From contig OX597818.1 of the NCBI GenBank assembly GCA_951406725.2, forward strand, positions 46,500,001 to 46,564,000: DNA of 64,000 bases, read 5' to 3'. The notes under the pieces are model-generated. The model was not told the DNA's origin. It saw only the letters and a list, made by a program, of their open reading frames with translations, and did not search any database. This DNA comes from Octopus vulgaris (lineage: Eukaryota). Made by a program: the position numbers and the translations under genes. Below, one piece after another: positions 41,262 to 52,577 of this stretch; the stretch's first letter is position 1, and each line of letters starts with the position of its first letter.

Positions 41262-41749
41262 AGGTTGTATAGTGGACGAGATTGAAGGGGCTGAAGACAA
41301 ACACTTTTCTCTTTGGCTAATCCTCGATGAACTTCTTCAAGTTTCACTTGAAAAGGAAAATAAGGGTAGAAAGGAAAGTATTGTCATCCTTCCAGTTTTC
41401 TGAAAGGTGGATGAAAGTAGCAAGAATGGTACGAGTGAACGAGCCTGCCCTGAGCATATGCCTGTAGTTGGGAAAAAGGCAAGTAAAAAAGGCACCTGCC
41501 CCAAAAGTCAGGGTACCCATGGTTTTTTTATGGGGCTTTCCATGATCAGCCTTCGAGCGTCTCCTCCCTATTGAGGATTACACATTGTGTAATTTATCTT
41601 TTTTTAATTTATTTAAAAATTTTGTTAGTCTTGTTTACACGCAAAACCCTCAAACAACACAAACTCACACACATACACATTCTTTGTTTTGTCCTGTGTT
41701 GTCCATTATGTTTTTCTTAATGTACACCTTTGTGGTTAATAAAGAAATT

Positions 41750-41750
<1 letters not shown>
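41262..41750 (+). mobile_element. 3' end of an L1/Tx1-type LINE
   Basis: MNFFKFHLKRKIRVERKVLSSFQFSERWMKVARM, then a T-rich 3'UTR, AATAAA and an (ATT)n tail. Confidence 0.65.
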
Positions 41751-41784
<34 letters not shown>

Positions 41785-42786
41785 TATCATCATCATTATT
41801 ATTGTAGTTGTTGTTGTTGTTATTATTAATATTTTCAACAGTTTCTGTTGCCCCACTTGGTGTGTTCTTGTTCCCGAGTGTAGCTTTTTCTTATAAGATT
41901 GTTGGGTGGCGTCTCTGTGTTAAATCTGCTCTGTTTTGTTATCGTCTTACTTCAGTATCTCGTTTGTCTATTGTGCAGAATATGTAGAGTGTAAGTTGTA
42001 CCATTATCGGCTTATGATTGTATTACCTACACATGTGCTGTGTGAGGTGAGTTGTTTGCTGTTGTTATTTGGCTCCAGCAAATATCAATTACCTATGATT
42101 AAAACACGTTCTAGTCATGACCATTCCACCTTTGTAAGTATCGTGAACTGTTTTGTCCAACTATATCCTTTATTTGAGATGGTAATTGTGATTTGAGGGA
42201 GATTTGGCTGCTATTTCTAGTAGGTCGAGCGATTACGTAGAAGCTCTCTCGTTGGCTCATGTAAGATGTGTTATAATATCAGGTGTCGATAAATATTCTT
42301 CTAGACCACACGTATTGTGTGAGATGTGTTATTTTATTGGGCGGCGATGGCGATGTTTATGTGCTGTGTGGGTTGTATTCAGGTGTAGAGTGTATTAAGG
42401 TATCTGATGTCAACTCTGCAAAATACGTATGTACTATGTTATTTTATTGGGCTGCGGTTCTGTGAAATGTGTGTTGTAGGAGTTCTGCAGACAGTTTATT
42501 GTGTGAATTATGTTATTTATTTGAAAGTACCGCGAATAAAATGTAGACCTTTATCCAGGAGGATTATTTGTGTTGGTTCAGGGTCAACTGGTAAGACCAA
42601 ATAATATTTTTCCTTACTATAAAGTAACAATGCTAAACAGTGATGTTTATAAATACAAACTTGTTACGAGTCGGAATATGCTTCAGGCATATTCCAACCT
42701 TTAAGAAAGCCAGTCATTGCGTTTGTCGCGGAGAAAATTTCTCCTATTTGGTAGACAAATAGGAGTAAATTGGTTGAAGAGGAGAT

Positions 42787-43089
42787 TGTTTGTTCCTTCT
42801 CGAACCATGCCTGGCTCATCAGGGCCGGTTTCCCGGTTTCATTGGCGTATAGGTTCCCCTCCTGGGAGGGACGCCTGTCCGGCGTAGGTGAGCTGCTAGA
42901 TGCAGGAGAAAAGAGTGAGAGAAAGTTGTGGCGAAAGAGTCAGCAGAAGTTCGCCATTAACTTCTGCCGGAGCCGCGTGGAGCTTAGGTGTTTCGCTCAT
43001 AAACACACACATCGCCCGGTCTGAGATTCGAACCCGCGATCCCTCGACCGCAAGTTCGCTGTTCTAACCACTAGGCCATGTGCCTCCAC
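42787..43089 (-). mobile_element. full SINE family C (tRNA-Arg-like head) with 12-bp TSD
   Basis: rc TGGCCTAGTGGTTAGAAC...TTGCGGT...GGTTCGAATC; TSD TGAAGAGGAGAT at 42775-42786 and 43090-43101. Confidence 0.9.
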
Positions 43090-43127
43090 TGAAGAGGAGA
43101 TAACCTCTCCGAAATGCATGCATCCCA
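43089..43127 (+). ncRNA. type I hammerhead ribozyme core, interrupted on its 5' side by SINE C
   Basis: CTGAAGA-GGAGA-TAACC-TCTCC-GAAA-TG-CATG-CAT-C-CCA; the stem I partner TGG lies at 42771-42773. Confidence 0.75.
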
Positions 43128-43376
43128 CAGTCTAACTCGTGGTATTTACACCTATTTGTCTATAGAGAGAAATTTTTCTCCATGACAAAATAGAGCGAAT
43201 ACCAAAGACTTACGAGTTCGAATACGCTTTAAGTATATTTGAACTGGTGACAAGTTTGTTCATATTCATTTATTATATCTCGTGTCCCGATTTATCACTG
43301 GTACTAATTTTACTTTCGTAACTCAATTTAAAAGTTTTTGTATTTTAATAGATTTTCGGATACTTTTTACGATAGC

Positions 43377-43504
<128 letters not shown>

Positions 43505-44206
43505 TGGATCGAGTACGATCACGAATACAATGAGGTTCTTCTGAATAACGTTACTCGGCATGTTGCGTAACTTGGAGATTAGAGAATCTCTCCAGGCCGA
43601 GCTGCTATTTTGCCTCATTGAGAGATCACAGCTCCGGTACTGTCGCAGAAAAGATCTCAAGACAGATTCTTCAACCTGAGTCAACTAGCAAAAGACCTAC
43701 TGGGAAACCAAGAACGAAATGGTAGTGTAATATCCACAGTCTCATGTGTTCACACTTGAGAATCCAGCAGAAAAGTGTAATGACGGTTGCTTTTGATAGG
43801 ATCCTTTGGAGGAGGTGCTGAGGACTCTCTCCTCATGACCTTCTCGGGAATAGTGGGCAGCAAAAAATAAATGAATGGATGAATGGATGGATGGATGGAT
43901 GGGTGGATGGATGGACGAACGGACGGACGGACGGACGGACGGGCGGACGGACGGATGGACGAACGGATGGATAGATGGATGAGATCGGGATGATTTTCAG
44001 AATATTTAGATTCCTATTACTCTCTTTGATTATACTTTCATTGATTGTTTTGACCCTTGTTAACCTGGAGAGGCGGATTATCATATCTAGATCATTGTCC
44101 TGCGCCGCTAATTTGCTTTCGTGTCGAGCTGCCTTCATGGCGATGTTTTTGGATATATTTTTTCTTCACCGGAACAGGATGACCGGACAGAAATTACGTG
44201 GTCAAT

Positions 44207-44810
44207 GCGTCGAGTTGGCAGAAACGTTAGCACACCGGGAGAAATGCTTAGCGATATTTCGTCTGCCGTTTCGTTCTGAGTTCAAATTCGGCCGAGGTCG
44301 ACTTTGCCTTTCATCCGTTCGGGGGCGATTAAATAAGTACCAGTTACGCACTGAGGTTGATGTAATCAACTTAATCCGTCTGTTTGTCCTTGTTTGTCCT
44401 CTCTGTGTTTAGCCCCATGTGGGTAGTAAAGAAATAGGTATTTCGTATGCCGTTACGTTCTGAGTTCAAATTCCGCCGAAGTCGACTTTGTCTTTCATCC
44501 TTTCGGGGTCGATAAATTAAGTACCAGTTACGAGCTGGCATCGATGTAATCGACTTAATCCCTTTGTCTGTCCTTGTTTGTCCCCTCTGTGTGTAGCCCC
44601 TTGTGAGCAATAAAGAAGTAAGAAACGTTAGCGCATCGGGCAAAATGCTTAGCGGCACTTCTATTTCTTTACGTTCTAAGTTCAAATGTCACCGAAGTCG
44701 ACTTTACCTTTCATCCTTTCGGGATGGTAAAATAAGTACCAGTTAAACACTGGAGTTGCTGTAATTGGCAAGTGCTCCCAACAAAATTCCAGACCCTGTC
44801 CCGATTGCAC
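44207..44810 (+). mobile_element. family A SINE trimer
   Basis: Junction AAAGAAATAGGTATTTCG at ~44428-44445; a second junction type at ~44620. Confidence 0.88.
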
Positions 44811-44980
44811 ACAAAAATACAATTACTGCTACAATAGTAATAAGTTGATATTGTTTCACCCCAGGTCAGCTCTGATCGAACAAACAAATGAGCAAAGGTA
44901 TTCCAGCTATATCCGTCTGTTGGGCTAAATTCCTCAAAATTTTCGTCTCCTTACGTACATAAAATAGTAACGTATGATTT

Positions 44981-45231
44981 GTGGAGGCACATGGCGTAGT
45001 CGTTAGAGCGGGTTCGAATCTCAGACCGGGCGATGTGTGTGTTTATGAGCGAAACACCTAAGCTCCACGCGACTCCGGCAGAAGATAATGGCGAACTTCT
45101 GCTGACTCTTTCGCCACAACTTTCTCTCACTCTTTCCTCCTGCATCTAACAGTTCACCTGCGACGAACTGGCGTCCCGTCCAGGTGGGGAACCTATACGT
45201 CAATGAAACCGGGAAACCGGCCCTTATGAGC
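44981..45231 (+). mobile_element. family C SINE with deleted anticodon arm
   Basis: TTAGAGC|GGGTTCGAATC deletion relative to the 42787-43089 copy. Confidence 0.85.
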
Positions 45232-45738
45232 TTTATAAGGTATAATTTTGAGAAAGATTTTATTGCTATTTCAAGAGACTCACTCATAGGCGTAATCAGC
45301 AGCAATGACTATACTCACACATTTGTGATCAGGCAGCAATGTATGGCGTCATCAAAATTATCCTTACATCTTTTCCAAGATCACTAAAAGCAATACCAAT
45401 TAAATATGGATTCAATTCAATTTACTATACTCTTATGTTAGAAATCACTATTGTTATTATTGATGGCATGGAAGACTTCCAAAAGATTGATCATAGGAAA
45501 CAGCCTGTACTATATTTCTTATTTAGCAACATCTATTAATCGTCTCCATTCCTTCCTGCTAAACCCTTTTAGAATATAAACAGCTGTGCTTTAATGTGAC
45601 TACTTTTACCTGAATATAAAGAATATTTATTTTACTAGTTTATGCATACATATACATATATGCATACACACACACACATGCACACACACACATACACACG
45701 TAAGACATATATATACATTTATTGAAACTGAATATCTA

Positions 45739-45781
45739 TCTCGTGACCCGAGTTTCACGCCATTGGGATCTTCAAACGAGA
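45739..45781 (-). ncRNA. type I hammerhead motif (C3 changed to U)
   Basis: rc TCTCGT-TTGAAGA-TCCCAATGGCGT-GAAAC-TCGG-GTC-ACGAGA; perfect 6-bp stem I and GUC cleavage triplet. Confidence 0.65.
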
Positions 45782-46999
45782 ACTGTTAATATCCTTATTA
45801 ATTTGTTTAGGATATTTTCTTCGCCTGTGTGTGTGCGCCTGAGTGTGTGCGTCTGTGAATGTGTGTATATGTATGTGCGTACAGATACGTGTGTATGTGT
45901 GTGTGTGTGTGTGAGTGTTTGCGCATGTGTAAGGTCCAAAATAAAGTTTTACGAAAGGTTATTTATGAATGGGTTATTTCAAAAAGTAATTAGAGACATA
46001 ATTATTAGCTATGTCCCTGATGAATGGTGCATTTCACGGCTGCATGATTTTGGTGATCGTTTTGTGAGTAAAGAACTTGTTCTTTTGTTGAACTTTGTTT
46101 CTCTTGCACTGGAAAACATATTTGTGTTTGCGTGTACGTGTGTATGTGTGTGTATGTGTGTCTATGTGTGTGTTTCTGTTGTGTTGCATGTGTTTGTTTC
46201 CGTGTGTATGTTTCTGTAAGTGTGTGTGTGCGTTTGTGTATGTGTACGTTTGTATTTCTTTAGAGTTTTGTTTCTTGACATCTATTCAAAAGAAACATTT
46301 GTGTGTGCATGTATGCCTGGCAGATTGTCGTCTTTTGGCATTAGTATGCTGTTGTCTAAATCTGAAGTGTGTGTGTTGTTATTTTGCCAGTGGTCATAGA
46401 ACACAAATAACAAATCAAATAGAAAATATAAATGAAAATAAAAATGTGTGTATGTGGGGGTGAGTTTCTCTATAAATGTCTGTGAGTGGTGTTAACAGTG
46501 AAATTAAGGATATATCTGTTGTGGATATGAACCTGACAACAGGAAAGCAATATCTCAACAAAAAACCCAACGAGATGTTTTTTTACTCTCAAAACAATCT
46601 CCAAAATCACTCAGCCTTGAAGAGCACTATTCATCGGGGATATAGCTAATAGGCGTCTTTAATTGTTTTTTTTTTAAATAGCTCATTCATAAACAACCTT
46701 TCTCGAAACGTTTAAGGCCTTACACACACAAACACACACACACACATACACATACACACACACAAGAAGAAAAATCCGCATCACCAGCTCATTAACAAAT
46801 CGTAAACAAATCAATAACATACCCCCCCCCCCCGCCGCCTGCAATAGCAAAAACTACAAACTGTACGTCACAAAAATTACACAAACAACCAATGAAGAGG
46901 CCAAAAATGCACCATCCAATCAAGAAACACGAAAGCCAACTAACGAACAAACACAAGCACTAAACCAAAGGATATAAATACTAATACTGAGTTGTAAGT

Positions 47000-47042
47000 T
47001 CCTTCCTGAAGATCGCAATGGCGTGAAACTCGAGTCACATTT
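47000..47042 (+). ncRNA. type I hammerhead motif, same family as 45739-45781
   Basis: CTGAAGA-T-CGC-AATG-GCG-T-GAAAC-TCGA-GTC; palindromic ACTCGAGT stem III; stem I eroded. Confidence 0.65.
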
Positions 47043-47375
47043 CAGACTCACTTTTAATTTCAATACATACATACATACATACATACATACATACATACAT
47101 ACATACATACATACATACATACATACATACATACATACATACATACATACATACATACATACATACATGCATGATGGTTGTCTACTCCTTATGCAGAGTC
47201 TGACCATCTCTTATACCTACACCTTAGAATCCATCATGGCGTCTGATGTGGATTTTTAAACCAGACAATGTATTGAAAAGACACCCACTTAGTTTGCATA
47301 TCAGATTTGGCCCACCAAGAGCTGCAGTTAAGTTCTGATCTTTGTGGATCTTAAAATGTCTATGCAAATCCAATG

Positions 47376-47621
47376 GAATCTCAAACCGGGCGATGTGTGT
47401 GCTTATGAGCGAAACACCTAAGCTCCACGCGGGTCCGGCAGAAGGTAATGGCGAAGTTCTGCTGACTCTTTCGCCGCAACTTTCTCTCACTCTTTCCTCC
47501 TGCATTTTGCAGCTCACCTACAACAGACCGGCGTCCCATCCAGGTGAGGAACCTATACGCCAAGGAATCCAGGAAACCTGCCCTATGAGCCAGGCACGGC
47601 TTGAGAAGGAACAAACAACAA
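47376..47621 (+). mobile_element. 5'-truncated family C SINE
   Basis: Matches the body and tail of other C copies. Confidence 0.85.
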
Positions 47622-48562
47622 TCTCTATACCCATTTATTCATATCTTCAACTTTATGTTAAATTGTTTTTATATGTAGCTTCACGTGAAACATTAATACA
47701 TGAGACGCACACACACACACATTAATACATGAGACACACACACACATGTGCACACATACTTACGCACACCCATATCCACATACATACACAAGGCACGTAC
47801 TTCTAAAATAAGAAGTATAGGTTCTATACATTAATTATTTTCAAACATCTAACAAGGCAACAATTCTCTCTGGGCCCAGTGTTTTCGTTGAAATTTTGGC
47901 TTTTATGAGTCACTGCTGTTATTACAAGATTTCAACCACTATTCGTTAAGAGTGGATTAGATTTTGAAATATCTATTCCAGAATCTAGAAATAGCAACTG
48001 GAAACATTAACTCTGCAATTAACTTTACCATAATCCAATACTTGAATACGCTCTCACTCACTGCAGAGCACCACAGCGTTAAAACCTGGCTGAGTAAACG
48101 CCAATCTCCAAATGTATTAGTCAGCTAATCTAATATTAGGTAGTTTATTAGATATGCAACGCACAAATGACACAAGTAATCCAGTATGCAGATAATAAAA
48201 TCCGAATTTACTAGATACACTAAAATAACTTTGTTTCTGTGACTGATAAGGATAAGGTCAGAGGAAACCAAAGTTATTTTTAAACCAATACATGCTGTGA
48301 ACATTTTCCTTGTGATGCAATATAACCAATGCACCTGCTTCGGTTATTACTGCTACATCAAGTATAACGCCGGCTCGACCTGTAGATTGTGTGTCTGTGT
48401 GTGTGGTGGGGGACAAGATCAGTCATTTATTCTATATTGATGACATCGAGTTACATGTCGAGTCTGAGACATCACTGTAAAATAAAAATATTTTCCAAAC
48501 TGTGAAATTCTATAATTGCAATATCAATATGGAAGTTGGGCTTAACGAAAGTTCCAGTACTA

Positions 48563-48703
48563 TTAGGTTGTCCCAAAAGTTCGTAAACACTTGCGAAAAT
48601 TGAATTTTTACTCGCCAAGTACTAACAAAAACAACAAAAATTATTCCTCAAAATAAAGACCATTATTTTCCAAGACTTTCAACGAACTTTTGGGACAACC
48701 TTA
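48563..48703. mobile_element. mariner-type MITE, 141 bp, TA TSD
   Basis: TIRs TTAGGTTGTCCCAAAAGTTCGT / ACGAACTTTTGGGACAACCTTA, flanked by TA. Confidence 0.85.
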
Positions 48704-49305
48704 TATTTCAAAAGGGGGCAGGTTAATTATGCAATCATCCAGGCTTTAAAGGAATTAGCAACATGTGGGACGTATGAATAGCTAGGGATCAAGGAAGGTA
48801 AACAGATGCAGCGTGTTAAAATGAAGGAAATAATCAGAAAAGAATATATTCGGCGGATTGACTGATCCTAAAAAGCGGATTCGACTTGAAATATGAAGGA
48901 AGCAACTGGAACCTTATCAGTCCCAGCAGTAAGCTGCAGCTTCTGTGTGGTAAATTGGAATATGTAAGAGATAAAATATATAAAACTGGACACGAAACTA
49001 AGATAACTGTTAAGGAATTTTACACTACATCTCCACAAAGGTGAACTATGGCATGTGTGTATATGGTAAGAAGAAACATTTACGTTTTGAAATGGTCGAT
49101 AAATCCGGCTCAGTTAAATTTATCTAAAAAAGAAAAGAGAGTTGCATCAAGTTGCTAAAAACAAAGGAAAAACGTTGCAGTCATTATGCCAAAAATTGCT
49201 CAAAGAGAATTTAGAAGATATAGTTATTCCACACGTAAATTCTTCAAAACCCACACGTAAACTTAGTACTAAACTCACATGCACGCACACACACACACAC
49301 ACACA

Positions 49306-49374
<69 letters not shown>

Positions 49375-49550
49375 GAATGGAGGAATACAACAAAAGAAAT
49401 TGAAGAACTAAAGACTAATTAATAGCAGACGAGGAAAACGAACACAGCATAGGAATTAAACCTCTCCACAAACAAATTTATCAGTGACGCAATTAAAAAG
49501 TCTACAACAAACAATAAACATGCACATAACGCAAAGATTCCGCTGGAATA

Positions 49551-50264
49551 AAAGACAGGAAGCTTGATAATTGTAGCCCAGCATCAGTTTCTCCCAACGA
49601 GTAATTATCTCAGAGTTGTATTCAGAAACAGAATACCAAACCGGAATGCTTTATGCGTGGTCAGTTTGTAGCAAACACTTGAGATATGACATGAGCAGCT
49701 TAGGAAGCAATTTCAAACAGAACCAGCAATACAACTCAGAATTAAAGGTAAGTTTGAAGCACAAAACTGTTCAGAACGTTCACAAAAAACATCCCAGAAC
49801 ACTGCTGACATCGACTAGCCTCACAAATCAAGAAATAGTACAAGAAATATGTTGCTAGACTTCAAGAAAATCTGTATGGCAAGCGAGTCATGAGTTCCGA
49901 ATTCGGAAATCAAGCGTTCGTCGCATTTTGAAACGCTGTACAGATTTTCTTGAAATCTAGCAAAATGTTTCTTGTACAATTTCTTGATTTGTGAGGCTAG
50001 TCGATGTCAGCGGTCTTCTTTGGTGTTTTTTTGTGAACGTTCTGAACAGTTTTGTGCTTCAAACTTACCTTTAATTGTGAGTTGTATTGCTGGTTCTGTT
50101 TGAAATTCCTTCCTAAGCTGCTCACGTCATATCTCAAGTGATTGCAACAAACTGACCACGCATAAAGCATTCCGGTTTTCGCATTCTGTTTCTGAATACA
50201 ACTCTGATAATTACTCATTGGGAGAAACTGATGCTGGGCTACAATTATCAAGCTTCCTGTCTTT
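49551..50264. repeat. long inverted repeat, ~330-bp arms, ~54-bp spacer
   Basis: 49551-49880 is the reverse complement of 49935-50264, roughly 90-95% identical by eye. Confidence 0.95.
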
Positions 50265-50955
50265 ATCAATTATCAAGCTTCCAAGAATAATCCATGCTCT
50301 CAAATGAAGATGATCCGGACTGAAAAGTGAGGTTTTGCAAGTGATACCTTTGCATACTTTCTAACAAAGTTTATTTGGAGTGATGAGGCTACATTTTAAG
50401 TAAATGACCCAATTAACCACCGCAGTTGCACCTACTAGGGGCCTGACAATCCACAAATTATGGAGGAGCACCATGTTAATTTATCAGGGATCATAGTGTG
50501 GTGCCGCTTATCATCAAATAGATTAATTGGACCGTTCGTTTTTAACGATTCTGTGATTGATCCCATTTACTTAAACCTACTACAAGATTCTATCATGCCA
50601 AGCATTCTAGAGGACTTTAAAGATGTGAAGCTTTATTTCTAGCAAGATAGGCTACCCCAACACTGCTCAACACTAGATGGGAATTTGTCAAACAAGGGAT
50701 TGGACGGAGAGATTCAACAGAATACCTTCTGCGTTCACCGAACATCACACTTCTAAACTTAAACTTTATGGAGATACTTAAAGGATAAAGTTTACGGTAC
50801 AAAACCGGCAACAGTCGACGAATTCAGGGCAGCCATTGAACGAAAATGCGCAAGGGTACCGAACAAAATGTTCCTTGCTGTTCACGATTCCATTGCCCTG
50901 CCTTATCATCAGTACTTGAACCAGAACGGTCATCTGTTTGAAAACAGACGTCCAT
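49570..50955 (+). pseudogene. decayed Tc1/mariner-superfamily (rosa/DD41D-like) transposase interrupted by an inverted duplication
   Basis: KSSVRRILKR; FIWSDEATF; [16 protein letters not shown]; YF*QD; IGRR...RSPNITLL; LWRYLKDKVYGTKPATVDE; QNGHLFE; many stops and frameshifts. Confidence 0.88.
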
Positions 50956-51147
50956 AAAAAATAAAATTCTGCCGGTAGATTCTTTTCAATTTGGAAAATA
51001 AAATGTAATTGAATAAAAACAGACTTTATAGTCCTTCAATATGATTATATAAAGCTAAGGAAGTGATTTTAAATTCTCAAACGCAGGATAATGCTAATAA
51101 TATAACCTGAACAAGATAAGCTACCCCTATTTTGCAGAAGAAAGTGT

Positions 51148-51227
51148 TGGCGGCCGGTTATGAGACTCGAACTCACACCTCCGTGATTACGCGTCGCGGT
51201 GCTCAGAACCAATTAAGCTAAACCGCC
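51148..51227 (-). tRNA. tRNA-like sequence (anticodon CGT, Thr-like), probably a pseudogene
   Basis: rc GGCGGTTTAGCTTAATTGGTTCTGAGC...CGCGTAA...GTGAGTTCGAGTCTCAT...GCCA; G at position 33 and irregular acceptor stem. Confidence 0.55.
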
Positions 51228-51520
51228 CACACCACAGATTCTTCCGCAAATTTAAGGTGTGAGCTCGAGTCTCATAGCCGGCTGCCAACACCTTTTTCTG
51301 CAAAATAGGGGTAGCTTATCCTGTTCAGGCTATATTATTAGCATTATCCTGTGTTTGAGAATTTAAAATCACTTCTTTAACTTTCTAAGACATCTCAACG
51401 CTTCTAAAGCAAACTTCGTTTGTTTGTTTACGTTCATCGTAATTTGAATTTAATGTATGATAGCGTCTCATAAAGCGTAATTTCTATATAGCTTAAATTT
51501 GCGAAAGAATTTGTGGTGTG

Positions 51521-51600
51521 GGCAGTTTTGCTTAATTGGTTCAGAGCACCGCGACGCGTAATCACGGAGGTGTGAGTTCGAGTCTCATAGCCAGCCGCCA
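51521..51600 (+). tRNA. second tRNA-like copy ending in CCA, followed by a T-run
   Basis: D arm GCTT/GAGC, T arm GTGAG-TTCGAGT-CTCAT, T7 starting 4 nt downstream. Confidence 0.55.
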
Positions 51601-51865
51601 ACATTTTTTTCTGCAAAATAGGGGTAGCTTATCCTGTTCAGGCTATATGATTATATATGTTTTGGGGATACGTTCTGTGTGTATGTATGTGTGTATGCGT
51701 GCACGTACGTGAATGTATGTATAAATGTATATATGTAAATATAGACAGATATTTATACACGTATATGTGTGTATGATATATATATATATATATACACATA
51801 TTGATAAAACGGTAGGATAACAAAAGAAAGAAAGAGACCTCAATATTATGTAAATAGAGGAAATT

Positions 51866-51943
51866 TATCTATACAATAATATGTTACTTTACTCAGAGTT
51901 TTATCTTGACTACCGAGTAAGGTAACATATTATTGTATAGATA
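51866..51943. repeat. 29-bp-arm hairpin
   Basis: TATCTATACAATAATATGTTACTTTACTC / GAGTAAGGTAACATATTATTGTATAGATA. Confidence 0.9.
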
Positions 51944-52347
51944 TATATACACATATATATATATTATAGATATATATACATGAGTGTGTGTGTATGTGTG
52001 CCTGCTTAAAAACCGCAGAGCTAATTGGGCCTGCGGTCCACAACCAAAGAGAGCAGTAATAATAAAGCAGTTATTAGTACCTTACCAATATTGTATTACT
52101 TTAAATTCAGTTTAAATGGAAAACTTGTTAGTTCACAAATGCATTGGAGTTCTTTTAAAATTTTGAATCTTCAACTGTTAGGATATAGCAAATCCTCATC
52201 CAGACCGTATCCCTATGCTGGATGTTCAAGAACCAAATGAAGGGCAGATTTTCAATCCCGGGATCATCCTGATTCCAAAAATGTATAATATGTCTACGTA
52301 GAGCAAACATAGACTGAGATACAGGGGTCCCGGTTGGACGATTATAG

Positions 52348-52577
<230 letters not shown>

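Noticed and set aside
42795-42835. CTGATGAG hairpin in the SINE C tail as a hammerhead
   Set aside because: Followed by GAGA rather than GAAA, and CTGATGA is not conserved in the copies at ~45220 and ~47580
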